A stretch of DNA of 64,000 nucleotides from an uncultured Actinomycetota bacterium (GTDB lineage Bacteria > Actinomycetota > Actinomycetes > JAHEKZ01), in NCBI GenBank assembly GCA_963718235.1, contig CAVQYR010000001.1:416001-480000 (forward strand), written 5' to 3'. The notes under the pieces are model-generated. The model was not told where the DNA came from and made no database searches. It saw only the letters and a list, made by a program, of their open reading frames with translations. Within the stretch, counting starts at the first letter, position 1; every line of letters begins with the position of its first letter. Made by a program: the position numbers and the translations under genes. This document shows, one piece after another, positions 20,491 to 30,199 of the stretch.

Positions 20491-20527
20491 CCAGCCGGTG
20501 TCTCTGAGCTGCAGAGACACCGGCTGG
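20491..20527 (-). terminator. Strong hairpin immediately 3' of tRNA-Pro
   Basis: CCAGCCGGTGTCTCTG / CAGAGACACCGGCTGG, perfect 16-bp stem with 5-nt loop. Confidence 0.75.
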
Positions 20528-20530
20528 ATC

Positions 20531-20610
<80 letters not shown>

Positions 20611-20700
20611 CCGCACCCGGTCGTCGACCTCGACGGCCCGGCGAGTCTAGCCGAGCGGCTCTGGGGGGCCGAACGAGGTCGCGGCGGCCGGAGTCGGCGG

Positions 20701-21594
20701 TCAGGACTGCGGCAGGAGGGTGAGCAGGGTGGCTTCGGGGCGACAGGCGAACCTCACTGGGGCGAGCGGCGAGCAGCCCAGGCCGGCAGACACGTGCAAC
20801 CAGCTCTCGCTGGCACCGCTAGCGATGCGGCTCAGCCCCTTGGCCTGGCGTGGGCTGAGGTCGCAGTTCGTGACCAGGGCTCCCCAGCCGGGCACACACA
20901 CCTGGCCGCCGTGGGTGTGGCCGGCCAGGATCAGCGGGACCTGGTCGTCGGCCATCGCCTCGACGACGCGCAGGTACGGGGCATGCGTCACGCCGAGGGT
21001 GAGGTCGGCCTGCGGGTCCGGGGGAGCGGAGACGTCGTCGTAGCGGTCCCGGTAGATGTGCGGGTCGTCAACGCCCACGAGCTCGACGACGCGGTCGCCG
21101 GCCTTGAGCGTGGTCCGCGCGTTGTTCAGGTCGACCCAGCCGGAGGCCGTCAGCGCGTCGCGCAGGTCGGTCCACGGGAGCGGCCGCCCGTAGACCTTCG
21201 GCGCGGCCGGGTTGAAGTACCGCAACGGGTTCTTCAGCACCGGTCCGTAGTAGTCGTTGGACCCCATGACGAACACGCCTGGGACCTCGAGCAGCGGCTC
21301 GAGGGCATCCAGGACCCAGGGGACGGCGTCGACGTGGGCGAGGTTGTCCCCGGTGTCGACGACGAGGTCGGGCTCGAGTGCGGCCAGACGACGGACCCAC
21401 TCACGCTTGGCCCGCTGGTCGGGGGTCAGGTGCAGGTCGCTGAGGTGCAGGACCCGCAGGGGCCGCTCGCCAGCCGGCAGGACCGGCACCTCGACCCGCC
21501 GAAGCGTGAACTGCCCGGCCTCCCACAGGCTGTACGCGAGCCCCGCGGTCGCCGTTGCGGCGAGCGCGAGTGAGGCGTTGACGAGGCGATGCAT
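20701..21594 (-). CDS. Metallophosphoesterase
   Basis: HLSDLH, TGDN, GSNDY, THAP, AGHTHGGQ motifs. Confidence 0.92.
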   Translation of the reverse strand: MHRLVNASLALAATATAGLAYSLWEAGQFTLRRVEVPVLPAGERPLRVLHLSDLHLTPDQRAKREWVRRLAALEPDLVVDTGDNLAHVDAVPWVLDALEPLLEVPGVFVMGSNDYYGPVLKNPLRYFNPAAPKVYGRPLPWTDLRDALTASGWVDLNNARTTLKAGDRVVELVGVDDPHIYRDRYDDVSAPPDPQADLTLGVTHAPYLRVVEAMADDQVPLILAGHTHGGQVCVPGWGALVTNCDLSPRQAKGLSRIASGASESWLHVSAGLGCSPLAPVRFACRPEATLLTLLPQS

Positions 21595-21676
21595 CCCCGA
21601 AGTGTGTCACCGCCCGCGGCGGGCTTGGGCACACAACCCGGTGTCCTGAGGCCATGGTCTGCGGGAGACTGGCTTC

Positions 21677-22132
21677 ATGACCACCCTGAAGGAGCAGTTG
21701 CACGCCGACCTGACCACTGCGATGAAGTCCCGCGACGAGCTCACCACCGCCACCCTGCGGATGGTCCTGACCGCGGTGACCAACGAGGAGGTCGCCGGCA
21801 AGCAGGCCCGCACGCTCAGCGACGACGACGTACAGGTCGTCGTCCGACGGGAGATCAAGAAGCGCAAGGAGGCTGCCGCAGCGTTCGCCGACGCCGGGCG
21901 TGCGGAGCAGGCGCAGCGTGAGTCGGCGGAGGCCACGGTGCTCGAGGCCTACCTGCCGGCCCAGCTGAGCGACGACGAGCTCGCGCGGCTTGTCGAAGCG
22001 GCGGTCGCATCGGTCGACGCGAGTGGTCCGCAGGCGATGGGTGCGGTCATGAAGGCGGTGACACCGGTCGTGGCCGGTCGGGCTGACGGCGGACGAGTGG
22101 CTGCTGCGGTGCGCGCCGCGCTCAGCCGCTAG
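21677..22132 (+). CDS. GatB/YqeY domain protein
   Basis: LK..L..DLTTAMKSRD, KKRKEAA.AF, YLPAQLS, MGAVMK, GRADG. Confidence 0.92.
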   Translation: MTTLKEQLHADLTTAMKSRDELTTATLRMVLTAVTNEEVAGKQARTLSDDDVQVVVRREIKKRKEAAAAFADAGRAEQAQRESAEATVLEAYLPAQLSDDELARLVEAAVASVDASGPQAMGAVMKAVTPVVAGRADGGRVAAAVRAALSR

Positions 22133-22137
22133 TGCGC

Positions 22138-24540
22138 TCAGCCACCCCCGCCGCCGCCACCCCCGCCACCCCCGCCGTTTCCGGGCGAGGCATTCGGCGA
22201 GGGCGACTCCGGCTTGGGCTTCTTGGACTCCGACGGCTTCGGCGACGGAGAGGGAGCCGGTGGTATGCCGTTGCTCAGGTAGAGCGTGACCGTGGTGCCC
22301 GAGATCGTCGACCCGCCGGCGCCGGGCGAGCTGTAGGCCACCGTGCCTTCGGCCTGTGAGCTGTAGACCCGGGTCGACGAGACGGTGCCGAGCAGACCGA
22401 CCTTCTCCAGCTGTTTCAGCGCCTCGGTGGGCGACAGCCCGGCGAGGTAGGGCACCGGTACCTGCAGCCCGACGATTGCCGCTGGGTCCTCGGCGACGAA
22501 GGACGACGGCGGGGTGTCGGCGAGCGCGCCCATCATGGCCTGCTGCCAGATCGGTCCTGGCAGGTCGCGACCGTAGACGACCGAGTAGTACTCGCCATTG
22601 ATCACCACGTCGCGCAGCGGGTACGCGTAGGGGCCGCGCGGGTCGGAGACGGTGGCCGCCGCGGCGAGGTCTGGGGTGTAGCCGGCGAACCACACGGCCG
22701 CGTTGGTGTCGATCGTCCCGGTCTTGGCTGCGGCGGGCCTGCTCAGGCCCATGCCGTTGCCTGTGCGGTAGGGGATGGACTCGTCGTCCAGCACCCCGGC
22801 CAGCACGCTGTTGACCGCGTCGGCGACCGGCTGGTCCATCACCTGCTTGCACTGTCGCCCGGAGGCGGCCACGACCTCTCGCTCGGTGTTGCGCACCACG
22901 GTGATGGCCCGCGGATCGCAGTAGCGCCCACGGGCCCCGAACGTCGCGTAGGCGTTGGCCAGGGTCAACGGTGCGACCTCGTCGGTACCCAACGTGAACG
23001 ACGCATTCATCCCTACCGGGCTGCCGTCGGTCTGGTGCACCCCCAGCCGCTCGGCCATGTCGACCGCGGAGCAGACGCCGATCCGCAGCTCCAGCTCGCT
23101 GAAGAACGTGTTGACCGACATCGCGGTGCCCGTGCGCATCGTGTAGGTGCCGCCGCTGCTGATGGTGGAGTTGCCGACCGGCCAGGTGTCGAGCAGAGGA
23201 TTGCCGTCGCAGTCGGTGAAGGCTCCGGACGGGTACTCCTTCGACAGCGGGGCGTAGATCGGGGTGTCGACCGGCAGGCCCTTCTCGATGGCGGCGGCCA
23301 GCGTGAAGGCCTTGAACGTCGAGCCGGCGCTCCAGCCGACCGGGCTGCCGTTCTGGGCGGCGTCGACGTTGTAGTTGACGAAGGTGTTGTTCTTGCCGTT
23401 GCCGTAGCCACGGTTCTGCGCCATCGCGACGACATTTCCCGTGCCCGGCTCGACCATCGAGATGGCGGCCACCTTGCCGTCACTGGCCTCCGCCGGGACC
23501 ATGGAGTCGACGGCCTTCTGCGCCGCCTCCTGGGCCTCGGGGTCGAGCGTGGTCTTGATCGTGACCCCACCGCGCAGCAGCAGCGCGCGGCGCGCGGCGC
23601 GGGTCTCGCCGAACTGCTTGTCGTCGAGGAAGGTCAGCAGCGCATAGTCGCAGAAGAAGGGGGCCCACGACGAGATGCAGCCGTTCGACGCGGTGCTCGG
23701 CTCCAGCAGCCGCCTGACCGGCTTGGCCCGCGCCCGGGCGAGCTGGGCGCTGGAGATCATGTTCTCCGACGCCATCCGGCCGAGCACGAGCGACCGTCGC
23801 TCCTGGCTTGCTGCCGGGTTCTCCAGCGGGTCGTACGCGGTGGGGTTCTGCACGATCCCGGCCAGGGTCGCCGCCTCGGCGATGGTCAGCGAGTCGGCGC
23901 TGGTGGAGAAGTAGCGGCGGGCGGCCGCCTCGACGCCGTACGCGCCCGCGCCGAAGTAGGCGATGTTGAGGTAGCCCTCGAGGATCTGCTGCTTGGTCCA
24001 CCGCTGCTCCAGACCGAGGGCCAGGCGCAGCTCACGGATCTTGCGGCTGATCGTCTGCTCGCTGGCCGCCTCGCGCTCGGCCTTGGTCTGCGCGGTGAGA
24101 GCCAGCACGTTCTTGACGTACTGCTGGGTCAGGGTCGAGCCGCCCTGGGTCACCCCGCCGGACTGGGAGTTCACCACCAACGCCCGCAGGGTGCCTCGGA
24201 TGTCGACCCCGTTGTGCTCGTAGAAGCGCGCGTCCTCCACCGCCACGATCGCGTCCTGCATCGGTTCCGCGATGGCGGAGAGGGGCACGTAGATGCGGTT
24301 CTGGTCGTAGAAGCGGGCGAGCACCGTGCCGTCGGCGGCCAGCATCCGCGAGCGCTGGGGAAGCACCGGCTCCTGGAGCACCCCCGGCAGGGCGGAGAAC
24401 GACTCGGCGCCGCGCTGGGCGCTGACCCCGATCAGCCCGATCGCCGGCAGGGCGATCCCGGCGGCCAGCACGCCGCAGAGCACGCTCAGCCCGACGAACA
24501 GGGCGGCGCGCACGACGACACCGCCGCGGGGGGAAGCCAC
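22138..24540 (-). CDS. ponA: Class A penicillin-binding protein (transglycosylase, transpeptidase, PASTA; PonA2-like)
   Basis: EDARFYEHNG, GGSTLTQQYVKN, RKIRE; STFK, SVN and KTG transpeptidase motifs; C-terminal PASTA domain. Confidence 0.93.
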   Translation of the reverse strand: MASPRGGVVVRAALFVGLSVLCGVLAAGIALPAIGLIGVSAQRGAESFSALPGVLQEPVLPQRSRMLAADGTVLARFYDQNRIYVPLSAIAEPMQDAIVAVEDARFYEHNGVDIRGTLRALVVNSQSGGVTQGGSTLTQQYVKNVLALTAQTKAEREAASEQTISRKIRELRLALGLEQRWTKQQILEGYLNIAYFGAGAYGVEAAARRYFSTSADSLTIAEAATLAGIVQNPTAYDPLENPAASQERRSLVLGRMASENMISSAQLARARAKPVRRLLEPSTASNGCISSWAPFFCDYALLTFLDDKQFGETRAARRALLLRGGVTIKTTLDPEAQEAAQKAVDSMVPAEASDGKVAAISMVEPGTGNVVAMAQNRGYGNGKNNTFVNYNVDAAQNGSPVGWSAGSTFKAFTLAAAIEKGLPVDTPIYAPLSKEYPSGAFTDCDGNPLLDTWPVGNSTISSGGTYTMRTGTAMSVNTFFSELELRIGVCSAVDMAERLGVHQTDGSPVGMNASFTLGTDEVAPLTLANAYATFGARGRYCDPRAITVVRNTEREVVAASGRQCKQVMDQPVADAVNSVLAGVLDDESIPYRTGNGMGLSRPAAAKTGTIDTNAAVWFAGYTPDLAAAATVSDPRGPYAYPLRDVVINGEYYSVVYGRDLPGPIWQQAMMGALADTPPSSFVAEDPAAIVGLQVPVPYLAGLSPTEALKQLEKVGLLGTVSSTRVYSSQAEGTVAYSSPGAGGSTISGTTVTLYLSNGIPPAPSPSPKPSESKKPKPESPSPNASPGNGGGGGGGGGGGG

Positions 24541-24626
24541 GACGGTCAGGGTAGTCGAGCCGAGTCGAGATCCAGGCCGGTTGCGCCGGTCGGGCGACCG
24601 TGTTCTTGGCGATGCGTGACACGTTG

Positions 24627-24781
24627 GTCACTCTGAGTGTTCGTAGTCCCTCCGGACTACCGAGATTCCCCCATTCGGGCCTGTCGGGCCCCCGCCCATA
24701 GCCCTACCGTTCCGATCACACGCCGTGACCATGGAGGGTGGTCCACGGAGGTGAGGGTTCCGAGAGGTCACGCTGAGTAGG
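24627..24781. promoter_or_regulatory. Three BldD-box-like sites in the ponA/wblA divergent intergenic region
   Basis: GTCACTCTGAGTGTT (24627), ATCACACGCCGTGAC (24715), GTCACGCTGAGTAGG (24767) versus consensus nTnACnCWGnGTnAn. Confidence 0.45.
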
Positions 24782-24841
24782 GGATTCGGGTCAGCGGCGG
24801 CCGAGGGTCTCGGGGCACCGGTGAGCAAGGGGGAGAACGGC

Positions 24842-25147
24842 ATGGTTTGGATTGAGGACTGGTCGGCCCAGGCAGCGTGCCGGGCGACCGACCCGGACGC
24901 CCTGTTCGTGCAGGGCGCGGCCCAGAACCGGGCGAAGATGGTGTGTCAGGGCTGTCCGGTGCGCACCGAGTGCCTGGCCGACTCGCTGGACAACGGGATC
25001 GAGTTCGGGGTCTGGGGAGGCATGACCGAGCGTGAGCGCCGGGCGCTGCTCCGCCGGCGTCCGAACGTCACCTCCTGGCGTCGCCTGCTGGAGGTCGCAC
25101 TCACCGACTTCGAGCGGACCGGCGAGCTCGAGCGCGCCGTCAGCTGA
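24842..25147 (+). CDS. wblA: WhiB-family Fe-S transcription factor, WblA/WhiB4 orthologue
   Basis: DW...AACR..DPD.LFVQGAAQNRAK.VC.GCPVRTECLA..LDN.IEFGVWGGMTERERR; synteny with PBP and the ArsA pair. Confidence 0.92.
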   Translation: MVWIEDWSAQAACRATDPDALFVQGAAQNRAKMVCQGCPVRTECLADSLDNGIEFGVWGGMTERERRALLRRRPNVTSWRRLLEVALTDFERTGELERAVS

Positions 25148-25156
25148 GCCGCGGCC

Positions 25157-26302
25157 TCACGGGGTCGCCAGGTCTGCGGCCACCGCGCGCAGCCCGGGCA
25201 GGTCGTGCACGTCACCGGCCAGCGCCGACGCCCTGGCCACGGCGACGTCCGGGTGCGCGCGGCCGAAGCGCTCGAGCAGGTGCTGCTCGCGGGCGATGAC
25301 CCGCATCCGATGAGCGTGCAACCGCAGCAGTGAGGCGGCCAGCGGGTGCTGCCTGCCCTTGGCCAACGACTCCGCCGCGCCAGCAGCACGGTCGGCGGAC
25401 AGGTCGTCGGCCCCTGTCTCGTGGGTTCGGTTCAGGACGAGCCCGGCCAACGGCATGGCATCGGACTGCAGCCGTTCGACGAAGTACGACGCCTCCCGAA
25501 GCGCGTCGCGTTCGGGCGTGGCGACCACGACGAACGACGTCCCCTCTGCCTGCAGCAGCGAGTAGGTGACCTCGGCCCGCTCGCGGAACCCGCCGAACAC
25601 CGAGTCCAGGCCGGCCACGAGCGTCTGCAGGTCGTTGAGCAGCTGGGCACCGAGGATCTTGTTCAACGCACCGGAGACCAGACCGAACCCGGCTCCCAGC
25701 ATGCGCACGTATGCCCGCCCACCCACCCGGGCCGGCGCCGTCAGCAGCCGGGCGAAGCGACCGTCGAGGAACGAGCCGAGCCGTTGTGGTGCGTCCAGGA
25801 AGTCCAGCGCCGAGCGGCTGGGCGGCGTGTCGACGACGATGAGGTCCCAGTCGCCGCCGTCCAGGGACTCCCGGTGCAGCTGCCCGAGCTTCTCCATCGC
25901 CATGTACTCCTGCGTGCCGGCGAAGCTGCTCGACATCGACTGGTACAGCGGGTTGGCCTGGATCTGGGCCGCGCGCTGGGGATCGGCGTGCTGCTCGACG
26001 ATCTCGTCGAACGTGCGCTTCATGTCCAGCATCATCGCGAACAGCGTCCCGCCGCTCGCGCCTTCGAGGCCGCGGATCTCCCGCGGGGTGTTGTCGAGCT
26101 CGGCGAGGCCCAGCGACTGGGCCAGTCGACGTGCTGGGTCGATCGTGAGCACGCACACGCGTCGACCACGCTCGGCGGCGCGCACGCCCAGTGCGGCCGA
26201 CGTCGTGGTCTTGCCCACGCCCCCCGAGCCGCAGCACACGATGATGTGCGTGGCCGGGTCGTCGAGCAGCGTGTCGACGTCGAACGTCTCCTGGGAGCTC
26301 AC
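25157..26302 (-). CDS. ArsA/Get3-family ATPase (Rv3680-like)
   Basis: CCGSGGVGKTT, TIDPARRLAQSLG, GTQEYMAMEKL, VVDTPP. Confidence 0.92.
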   Translation of the reverse strand: MSSQETFDVDTLLDDPATHIIVCCGSGGVGKTTTSAALGVRAAERGRRVCVLTIDPARRLAQSLGLAELDNTPREIRGLEGASGGTLFAMMLDMKRTFDEIVEQHADPQRAAQIQANPLYQSMSSSFAGTQEYMAMEKLGQLHRESLDGGDWDLIVVDTPPSRSALDFLDAPQRLGSFLDGRFARLLTAPARVGGRAYVRMLGAGFGLVSGALNKILGAQLLNDLQTLVAGLDSVFGGFRERAEVTYSLLQAEGTSFVVVATPERDALREASYFVERLQSDAMPLAGLVLNRTHETGADDLSADRAAGAAESLAKGRQHPLAASLLRLHAHRMRVIAREQHLLERFGRAHPDVAVARASALAGDVHDLPGLRAVAADLATP

Positions 26303-27303
26303 CGGACCCCCTGGTCGTTCATGGCGTCAGCCAGCTCGTACAGGCTCGACAGGTCGATCCCGTCAGCCAGCCACGGCAGCTCGAACAGCGGGCGTTCCAT
26401 CGCCTTGAGCGCCTTGCGCTCCTGACGTTCGAGCAGGACCCGCTCGGCATGCTCGGCGGCCTCACCCAGGAGCGCCGACATGACGTGTGGGGAGTGGGAG
26501 ATTCCTGCCGCGGCCAGCCCTTCGGCGATCGCGATCTGGTCGAGCGTCCCTTTGCGGGCTTGCAGGAGTGCGGTCCCCTTGAGCATCGGTGGGCGCACCA
26601 TGTTGACGAAGATCCCTCCGACCGGCAGCCCGGCAGCGCGCAGCTCGAAGACGCCGTCCATGGTCTCCTGCGTGGGCATCTCTTCCAGCACGGTCGCCAG
26701 ATGGACTGCGGTTCGCGGTGAGCGCAGCAGCTCCATGATCGAGTCGGCCTGCCGCTTGATCGGTCCGACCTTCGTAACGCCGGCGACCTCGCTGTTGACG
26801 TTGAGAAAACGCGTGATCCGTCCGGTCGGGGGAGCGTCGAGGACGACCGCGTCGTACACGGGGTTCTGGTCGTGGCGGCGTCGTACGGCCTCGTAGGCCT
26901 TGCCGGTGAGCAGGACGTCGCGCACCCCTGGGGCCACGGTCGTGGCGAACTCGACCATGCCGATCTTGCGCAGGGCCCTTCCTGCTCGGCCCAGGTGGTA
27001 GTACATGTCGAGGTACTCCAGGAGCGCGGCCTCCGGGTCGACCGCCAGGGCCAGCACGTCGCCACCGTTGCGGGCGACCGCGACTTTGCGCTCCTCGTAG
27101 GGAAGCGGCGGTACGTCGAACACCTGGGCGATGCCCTGCCGGCCCTCGACCTCCATCAGCAGAACCTGCTGACCGTCGGCGGCGAGCGCGAGCGCCAGGG
27201 CAGCTGCAACCGTCGTCTTGCCTGTCCCACCCTTGCCGGTGACCACGTGCAGCCGGACCCCGCGCAGGTCGGAGAGCGGCTGGCCGAGGGCAGTTGGCGT
27301 CAC
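26299..27303 (-). CDS. ArsA/Get3-family ATPase (Rv3679-like)
   Basis: LHVVTGKGGTGKTT, APGVRDVLLTGK, VLDAPPTGR. Confidence 0.92.
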   Translation of the reverse strand: MTPTALGQPLSDLRGVRLHVVTGKGGTGKTTVAAALALALAADGQQVLLMEVEGRQGIAQVFDVPPLPYEERKVAVARNGGDVLALAVDPEAALLEYLDMYYHLGRAGRALRKIGMVEFATTVAPGVRDVLLTGKAYEAVRRRHDQNPVYDAVVLDAPPTGRITRFLNVNSEVAGVTKVGPIKRQADSIMELLRSPRTAVHLATVLEEMPTQETMDGVFELRAAGLPVGGIFVNMVRPPMLKGTALLQARKGTLDQIAIAEGLAAAGISHSPHVMSALLGEAAEHAERVLLERQERKALKAMERPLFELPWLADGIDLSSLYELADAMNDQGVR

Positions 27304-27341
27304 ATCCGCACCCTAGGCCAGGGGGCGTTAGGGTGCGTTTC

Positions 27342-27497
27342 ATGACGACCTGGGAGTACGCGACGGTTCCACTGCTCGTGCACGCGACCAAGCAGATCCT
27401 CGACACCTGGGGACAGGACGGCTGGGAGCTGGTCACCGTGGTGCCCGGGCCGAACGCCGAGCAGCTCGTCGCCTACCTCAAGCGTCCGTCGAGCTGA
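27342..27497 (+). CDS. DUF4177-type small conserved protein
   Basis: WEYATVPLLVHATKQILD.WG.DGWELV...VAYLKRP; conserved position before ridA. Confidence 0.88.
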   Translation: MTTWEYATVPLLVHATKQILDTWGQDGWELVTVVPGPNAEQLVAYLKRPSS

Positions 27498-27519
27498 CCG
27501 ACCGAACCCTAGGAGTCCC

Positions 27520-27981
27520 ATGAGCACGCCCGAAGACCGACTTGCGGCGATGGGGCTGTCGGTCCCTGAGGTCGTCAAGCCGCTGGCCGCCTACGTTCCG
27601 GCCGTGCGCAGCGGCTCCTACGTCTACACCTCCGGACAGCTCCCGATGGTCGACGGGGTCATGCCGGCGACCGGCAAGGTCGGTGCCGAGGTGACCCCGG
27701 AGAAGGCCAAGGACCTCGCCCGCCAGTGTGCGCTCAACGCCCTGGCCGCCGTCCGGTCGGAGATCGGTGAGCTGTCCTTGGTCACCCGGGTGGTCAAGGT
27801 CGTCGGATTCGTCGCGAGCGCACCTGAGTTCACCGGTCAGCCCGGTGTGGTCAACGGGGCCAGTGAGCTGCTCGGCGAGGTGTTCGGCGATGCGGGCGTT
27901 CATGCCCGGAGCGCGGTCGGCGTGGCGTCGCTGCCGCTCGATGCACCGGTCGAGGTCGAGATCATCGTCGAGGTCGGCTGA
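27520..27981 (+). CDS. RidA/YjgF family protein
   Basis: AAYVPA, SGQLP, NGASELL, HARSAVGVASLPLDAPVEVE. Confidence 0.93.
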   Translation: MSTPEDRLAAMGLSVPEVVKPLAAYVPAVRSGSYVYTSGQLPMVDGVMPATGKVGAEVTPEKAKDLARQCALNALAAVRSEIGELSLVTRVVKVVGFVASAPEFTGQPGVVNGASELLGEVFGDAGVHARSAVGVASLPLDAPVEVEIIVEVG

Positions 27982-27992
27982 CCGTCAGTGCC

Positions 27993-28568
27993 GTGAACGT
28001 CCCCGTGCGAGGTGCGTCGACGGTCGTGATCGTGCGAGACGGGTCGGACGGGCTCGAGGTCTGGCTGCAGCAACGGTCGACATCGTTGGTGTTCGCCGGT
28101 GGGATGCACGCGTTCCCTGGCGGCGCCGTCGACGACGACGATGCGTCGGCCTCGATCGACGGCGACGTCCTCGACGCGCACACCGCTGTGTGGGTCGAGC
28201 CTCGCGAACGGGTGTCGGCGTTCCTCGCGGCCGCAGTGCGTGAGACGTTCGAGGAGTGTGGGGTCGCGCTGGCGCCGGAGGCTCTGCGGCCTTGGGCGCG
28301 CTGGGTCACCCCTCCCGGACCGCCCCGCAGGTTCGATGCCTGGTTCTTCGTCGCGGCGGTCCCGCCCGGACAGCATCCCGAGCCGTTGACGGGGGAGGTG
28401 GCCGAGGCATCCTGGGTGGTCGTGCGCTCCGCTGTCGAGCGTGAGGCTGCTGGCGACCTGCCCATGTGGCCCCCGACGATCACGACATTGACCGAGCTGG
28501 CCGCGTTCGACTCCGTGGCCGAGGTGCTCGCAGCGGCCCCCCAGCGGATCGAGGCGGTGACCGGATGA
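27993..28568 (+). CDS. NUDIX hydrolase
   Basis: FPGGAVD...AAVRETFEECG split Nudix box, WVTP...RRFD.WFF. Confidence 0.88.
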   Translation: MNVPVRGASTVVIVRDGSDGLEVWLQQRSTSLVFAGGMHAFPGGAVDDDDASASIDGDVLDAHTAVWVEPRERVSAFLAAAVRETFEECGVALAPEALRPWARWVTPPGPPRRFDAWFFVAAVPPGQHPEPLTGEVAEASWVVVRSAVEREAAGDLPMWPPTITTLTELAAFDSVAEVLAAAPQRIEAVTG

Positions 28569-29374
28569 CGGAGTCGGGCGCCGGCGCGGGGGGTTGGCGA
28601 GGCGGTGACGTCGCCGAGGGGGTCACGTGCGTCCTGGCCGAAAACCCCGGACCGCTGACCCTCGACGGCACGAACACCTGGCTGCTGGCGGGGCGGGAGG
28701 TGTCGTCATGCGTCGTCATCGACCCCGGACCAGACGATGCGGCTCACCTGCAGTCGGTCGTGGTGGCCGGAGCCGAGCGCGGGTGGGACGTCGAGGGCGT
28801 GCTGCTCACCCATGGGCACGCCGACCATGCGGGAGGCTGCGAGCGGCTGGCCGACCTGACCGGTGCCTGGGTGCGCGCCGCGAGGCCAGAGCACTGCCGC
28901 GGTGGTAACCCCCTGCTCGACGAAGAGGTGATCGAGGTGGCCGGGCTGCGGATCGAGGTCGTGTCCACGCCCGGGCACACGGCGGACTCCGTGTCCTTCC
29001 TGGTGGCGGCTCGGAGTCTGCTGCTGACCGGTGACACGGTGCTCGGCCGTGGGACTTCGTTCGTCGCGCACCCCGACGGCCGGCTGGCCGACTACCTGAT
29101 GTCCCTGGACCGCCTCGCGGCCCGGACGGTCGTCGGTCCGGTCCTGGTCCTGCCCGGGCACGGCCCGGTCGTGCCCGACGGGGCGGCGGTGATCGCGCAG
29201 TACCGGGCCCACCGGCTGCAGCGGCTGGCCCAAGTGCGCGCGGCGAGGGCGGGCGGGGCGCAGACGGCCGACGCCGTGCTGGACGCGGTGTACGGCCCGC
29301 TGTCCGAGAACCTGAGGCCGGCGGCCCTGGCCAGCACCCTGGCCCAGCTGGCGTACCTCGACGCGTACCCCTGA
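28565..29374 (+). CDS. MBL-fold metallo-hydrolase
   Basis: NPGPLTLDGTNTW, THGHADH, TPGHTADS, TGD, PGHG. Confidence 0.92.
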   Translation: MTESGAGAGGWRGGDVAEGVTCVLAENPGPLTLDGTNTWLLAGREVSSCVVIDPGPDDAAHLQSVVVAGAERGWDVEGVLLTHGHADHAGGCERLADLTGAWVRAARPEHCRGGNPLLDEEVIEVAGLRIEVVSTPGHTADSVSFLVAARSLLLTGDTVLGRGTSFVAHPDGRLADYLMSLDRLAARTVVGPVLVLPGHGPVVPDGAAVIAQYRAHRLQRLAQVRAARAGGAQTADAVLDAVYGPLSENLRPAALASTLAQLAYLDAYP

Positions 29375-29379
29375 CGGGG

Positions 29380-30057
29380 TCAGCGAGCCCGGCGGGTCAG
29401 CCGCTCGACGTCGAGCAGCACGACGGCTCGTGCCTCGAGGCGCAGCCAGCCGCGCTGGGCGAAGTCGGCCAACGCCTTGTTGACCGTCTCGCGCGATGCC
29501 CCGACGAGCTGGGCGAGCTCCTCCTGGGTGAGGTCGTGGGCCACCAGGATCCCGCCCTCGGCCGGCGTGCCGAACTTGTCGGACAGGTCCAGCAGGGCCT
29601 TGGCCACGCGCCCCGGGACGTCGCTGAAGACGAGGTCGGACATCGCCTCGTTGGTCCGCCGCAGCCGCTGGGCGAGTGCCTGGAGGAGCTCCTCGGCAAC
29701 CTCGGGACGGCCGGTGAGCCAGGGGCGCAGGTCCCGCTGCCCCATGCCGAGCAGCCGCACGTCGGTCAGGGCGGTCGCCGTCGACGTGCGCTCCCCTGGG
29801 TCGAACAGGGAGAGCTCGCCGAACATCTCACCGGGACCGAGGACGGCGAGCAGGTTCTCGCGGCCGTCGATCGAGGTCTGTCCGAGCTTGACCTTGCCGT
29901 CGACGACCACGAAGAGCCGGTCGCCGGGCTCACCCTCGGCGAAGACGGTGTCGCCACGCACCACCCGCTGCGGGGTCATCGAGGCGCGCAGGGCCTGGGC
30001 GGCGCTGTCGTCGAGGGCGGCGAACAGCGCGGTCCGGCGCACGACGTCGTCGTCCAC
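29380..30057 (-). CDS. crp: Crp/Fnr-family cAMP receptor protein
   Basis: GELSLFDPG.RT cNMP pocket, DVPGRVAKALL, LTQEELAQLVGASRETVNKAL HTH; conserved position near nth. Confidence 0.95.
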   Translation of the reverse strand: MDDDVVRRTALFAALDDSAAQALRASMTPQRVVRGDTVFAEGEPGDRLFVVVDGKVKLGQTSIDGRENLLAVLGPGEMFGELSLFDPGERTSTATALTDVRLLGMGQRDLRPWLTGRPEVAEELLQALAQRLRRTNEAMSDLVFSDVPGRVAKALLDLSDKFGTPAEGGILVAHDLTQEELAQLVGASRETVNKALADFAQRGWLRLEARAVVLLDVERLTRRAR

Positions 30058-30199
30058 ATGCCCTCCGTGTGCTGGGTCCGGCGCTGGGTCGGGCCCTGAG
30101 GTGCGGCGCCGACGATCGGGGGACAGTCTGCCGCGGACCGGCGGGCTCGGCCAGGGTTCTGGGCGGCGCAGGGAGCTGGGCGGGCGCTCGAGGGGTGGG

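Noticed and set aside
22141-22177. G/C-run repeat at the end of ponA
   Set aside because: It encodes a poly-Gly tail, a common low-complexity end of actinobacterial PBPs.
24617-24631. CRP site upstream of wblA (GTGA...TCAC)
   Set aside because: The spacer is 8 nt, not the 6 nt of TGTGA-N6-TCACA.
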